32,000 nt of DNA from Actinospica durhamensis (GTDB taxonomy: Bacteria > Actinomycetota > Actinomycetes > Streptomycetales > Catenulisporaceae), in NCBI RefSeq assembly GCF_018139695.1, contig NZ_JAGSOG010000033.1:1-32000 (forward strand), in the 5' to 3' direction. The position numbers and the translations under genes were made by a program. Below, piece after piece: positions 30,454 to 32,000 of the stretch (positions are counted from its first letter, which is position 1; each line of letters starts with the position of its first letter). The notes under the pieces are model-generated. The model was given only the letters and a program-made list of their open reading frames with translations. It ran no database searches and had not been told where the DNA came from.

Positions 30454-32000
30454 TTACTGGACGAGTTGGAAGGACTGTGCGGCCGTGCCGTTGCACGTGT
30501 ACTGCTGCAGCTGCACTCCACTGGCGGTGGAGGCGCTGGGCGTGTCGATGCACAATCCCGAGTTGTCGGCGGTGAAGGTGTAGTAGCCGCCGGTCTGCGG
30601 ATTGGCGGCGAACAGGGCGTTGGTGTTGCCGGTGCCGCCGTAGTTCCAGGTCTGGAGCAGGTCGCCGCTGGCGGTGGCCCCCACTCCGCCGGTGATGTTC
30701 CAGCTCTCACCCTCGGACTGGGAGTTCTCGTTGACCACCTCGTAGTAGCCGCTCACCGAGGTCGGTGCGAACTGCCACCGCTGGCTGGTCGCGCCGGTGC
30801 AGGCCAGTTGCTCCACGGCGGTGCTGTTGGCGGTGGACCCGCCGGCGGCGCTGGCGCACAGGCCCGAGTTCTGGTTGACGACCTCGTACCAGGCCGAGGT
30901 GTTGATCCCGCCACTGCCGGAGGAGGCGAAGGTCAGATAGTTAAGATTCCATCCGCCGTTGTCCTGATCCACCGTCAGCGTCTGCGTTCCCGCGGGCAGG
31001 GTGACCGTGGCGTTCACCGTGGTCCAGGTCTGCCAGCCGCCGGTGGAGGCGATGTTGACGTCGCCGCTCAGGTTGGTGCCGGAACTGTTGGCGATGTGCA
31101 GGGCATCGGTGACCGCGTTCGGTGCCGCCACCCGCAGGGCGACGGTGTACGTGCCGGCGGTGGCCACGTTGACGGTGTACTTGGTCCACTGTCCGGTCGC
31201 GGTCCAGCCGAGGTCGTAGCCGCCGCCCGTGTCCGAGGTGGTCTCCAGGTCCACCCCGTCGGAGCGGTAGCCGGTGCCCGTGCCGTTGACCGAGCTGAAG
31301 TCGTACGCCACGCCCTGCCCGCCCGTGTCGTAGTTCTCGGCCTGGACGGTGCCCGGAATCGCGGCCGCGGTCCCGCCGTACGGGGCCTCCGAACTGCCGC
31401 CGCTGCCGGCGATGCCGATCTGCACCACGCCGCCGAGCGACTTGTACGCCGTGGCCTGAGTCCCGGTGAGCTGGGCGAACGCCAGGGACGTGGTGAGCGA
31501 GGAGGTCTGCTCGACCAGGTAGGACGAGCCCGCGGTCACCGGCACGCTCAGCGTCGCGGCGGTGGTCGGCGACACGACGACCGCGCCGCTGGAACCGTTG
31601 ACCACCTCCACCTGCTGCCCGGACCAGGGATTGCGCACGCTCATGGTCTGGGTGGTCCCGGCCTGGATGGCGACCGTGGTGATGGTGCCGCTCTCGACCT
31701 GGACGTCCACCTTCGAGCCGCCCTGGATGAAGACGGTGCCCGAGCCGTCCCAGCCCGAGGGCCAGGCCGGTGCGATGCGCAGGGTGCCGTCGTAGTCCGT
31801 GGCGAGCGCCTCGTCGACGGTCGTGGCGACGTTCGCGGCCTGCTCGATGTAGGGCTCGTCGGTGCTCGGCGGGGCGAATGCGCCCATGCCGTCGATGTAG
31901 AGCTGGTAGTGCTCGGTGGTCGCGGTCAGGTCGGCGGCCACCTGGCTGGACATGTCGAGCCGCGCGGCGTCCACGGCGTCGAAGTTCCAGTCCGCCGACG
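30454..32000 (-). CDS. partial (5' end outside window) secreted glycoside hydrolase C-terminal region plus CBM6 plus ricin-type (CBM13) lectin domain
   Basis: The frame is open to the window edge; the track start at 31974 is an internal GTG. LRIAPAWPSGWDGSGTVFIQGGSKVDVQVE resembles the C-terminal beta-sandwich of (alpha/alpha)6 hydrolases such as GH95. CBM6 lies at 30919-31389. The ricin trefoil with QRWQF/QSFQL motifs lies at 30457-30918. Confidence 0.8.
   Translation of the reverse strand, partial: SADWNFDAVDAARLDMSSQVAADLTATTEHYQLYIDGMGAFAPPSTDEPYIEQAANVATTVDEALATDYDGTLRIAPAWPSGWDGSGTVFIQGGSKVDVQVESGTITTVAIQAGTTQTMSVRNPWSGQQVEVVNGSSGAVVVSPTTAATLSVPVTAGSSYLVEQTSSLTTSLAFAQLTGTQATAYKSLGGVVQIGIAGSGGSSEAPYGGTAAAIPGTVQAENYDTGGQGVAYDFSSVNGTGTGYRSDGVDLETTSDTGGGYDLGWTATGQWTKYTVNVATAGTYTVALRVAAPNAVTDALHIANSSGTNLSGDVNIASTGGWQTWTTVNATVTLPAGTQTLTVDQDNGGWNLNYLTFASSGSGGINTSAWYEVVNQNSGLCASAAGGSTANSTAVEQLACTGATSQRWQFAPTSVSGYYEVVNENSQSEGESWNITGGVGATASGDLLQTWNYGGTGNTNALFAANPQTGGYYTFTADNSGLCIDTPSASTASGVQLQQYTCNGTAAQSFQLVQ
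30919..31389. repeat. third, more diverged copy of the CBM6-coding unit
   Basis: It has the same 157-codon module (EAPYGGTAAAIPGTVQAENYDTGGQGVAY...GGWNLNYLTF). Long stretches are identical or near-identical to the two copies at 27830-28765. Confidence 0.85.

Overview
Very high-GC actinomycete (Streptomyces-like) chromosomal DNA; real genes show strong G/C preference at third codon positions, and many long Arg/Gly/Pro-rich shadow ORFs in the track are artefacts. I see four blocks. (1) 1-3.1 kb, minus strand: a small ORF, a rhodanese sulfurtransferase, a PPOX/F420-type oxidoreductase and a thiolase. (2) 3.4-18.5 kb, plus strand: a compact orphan biosynthetic operon. It holds one ~4,020-aa NRPS-PKS with domain order formyltransferase, condensation-domain relic, A(Gly) with embedded N-methyltransferase, T, KS, AT(malonyl), DH, ER, KR, ACP and terminal reductase. 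This is followed by a 439-aa protein of no family I recognise (possible PhyH-like non-heme iron fold) and a DHA2-type MFS exporter. This is the most interesting system in the window. The assembly line logic predicts a small N-formyl/N-methyl 4-aminobutanal-type product, that is, a masked N-methylpyrrolinium precursor. (3) 18.5-26 kb: sensor and redox genes. These are an SCO6745-like protein, two paralogous MerR/GyrI-like regulators, a DUF475 membrane protein, a truncated ynfA remnant, an ABM-truncated haemoglobin fusion with a divergent TetR, a SnoaL-like protein and a quinone oxidoreductase. (4) 26.2-32 kb, minus strand: three secreted glycan-active proteins. These are a GH18 chitinase with CBM5/12, a Tat-exported hydrolase with two near-identical tandem CBM6 modules, and a partial hydrolase with CBM6 plus a ricin lectin domain. 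ATTGG-N6-CCAAT (DasR/dre-like) palindromes and strong hairpin terminators lie between them. I found no tRNA, rRNA, CRISPR array, transposase or integrase. All family assignments come from motifs read by eye, and no database search was possible.
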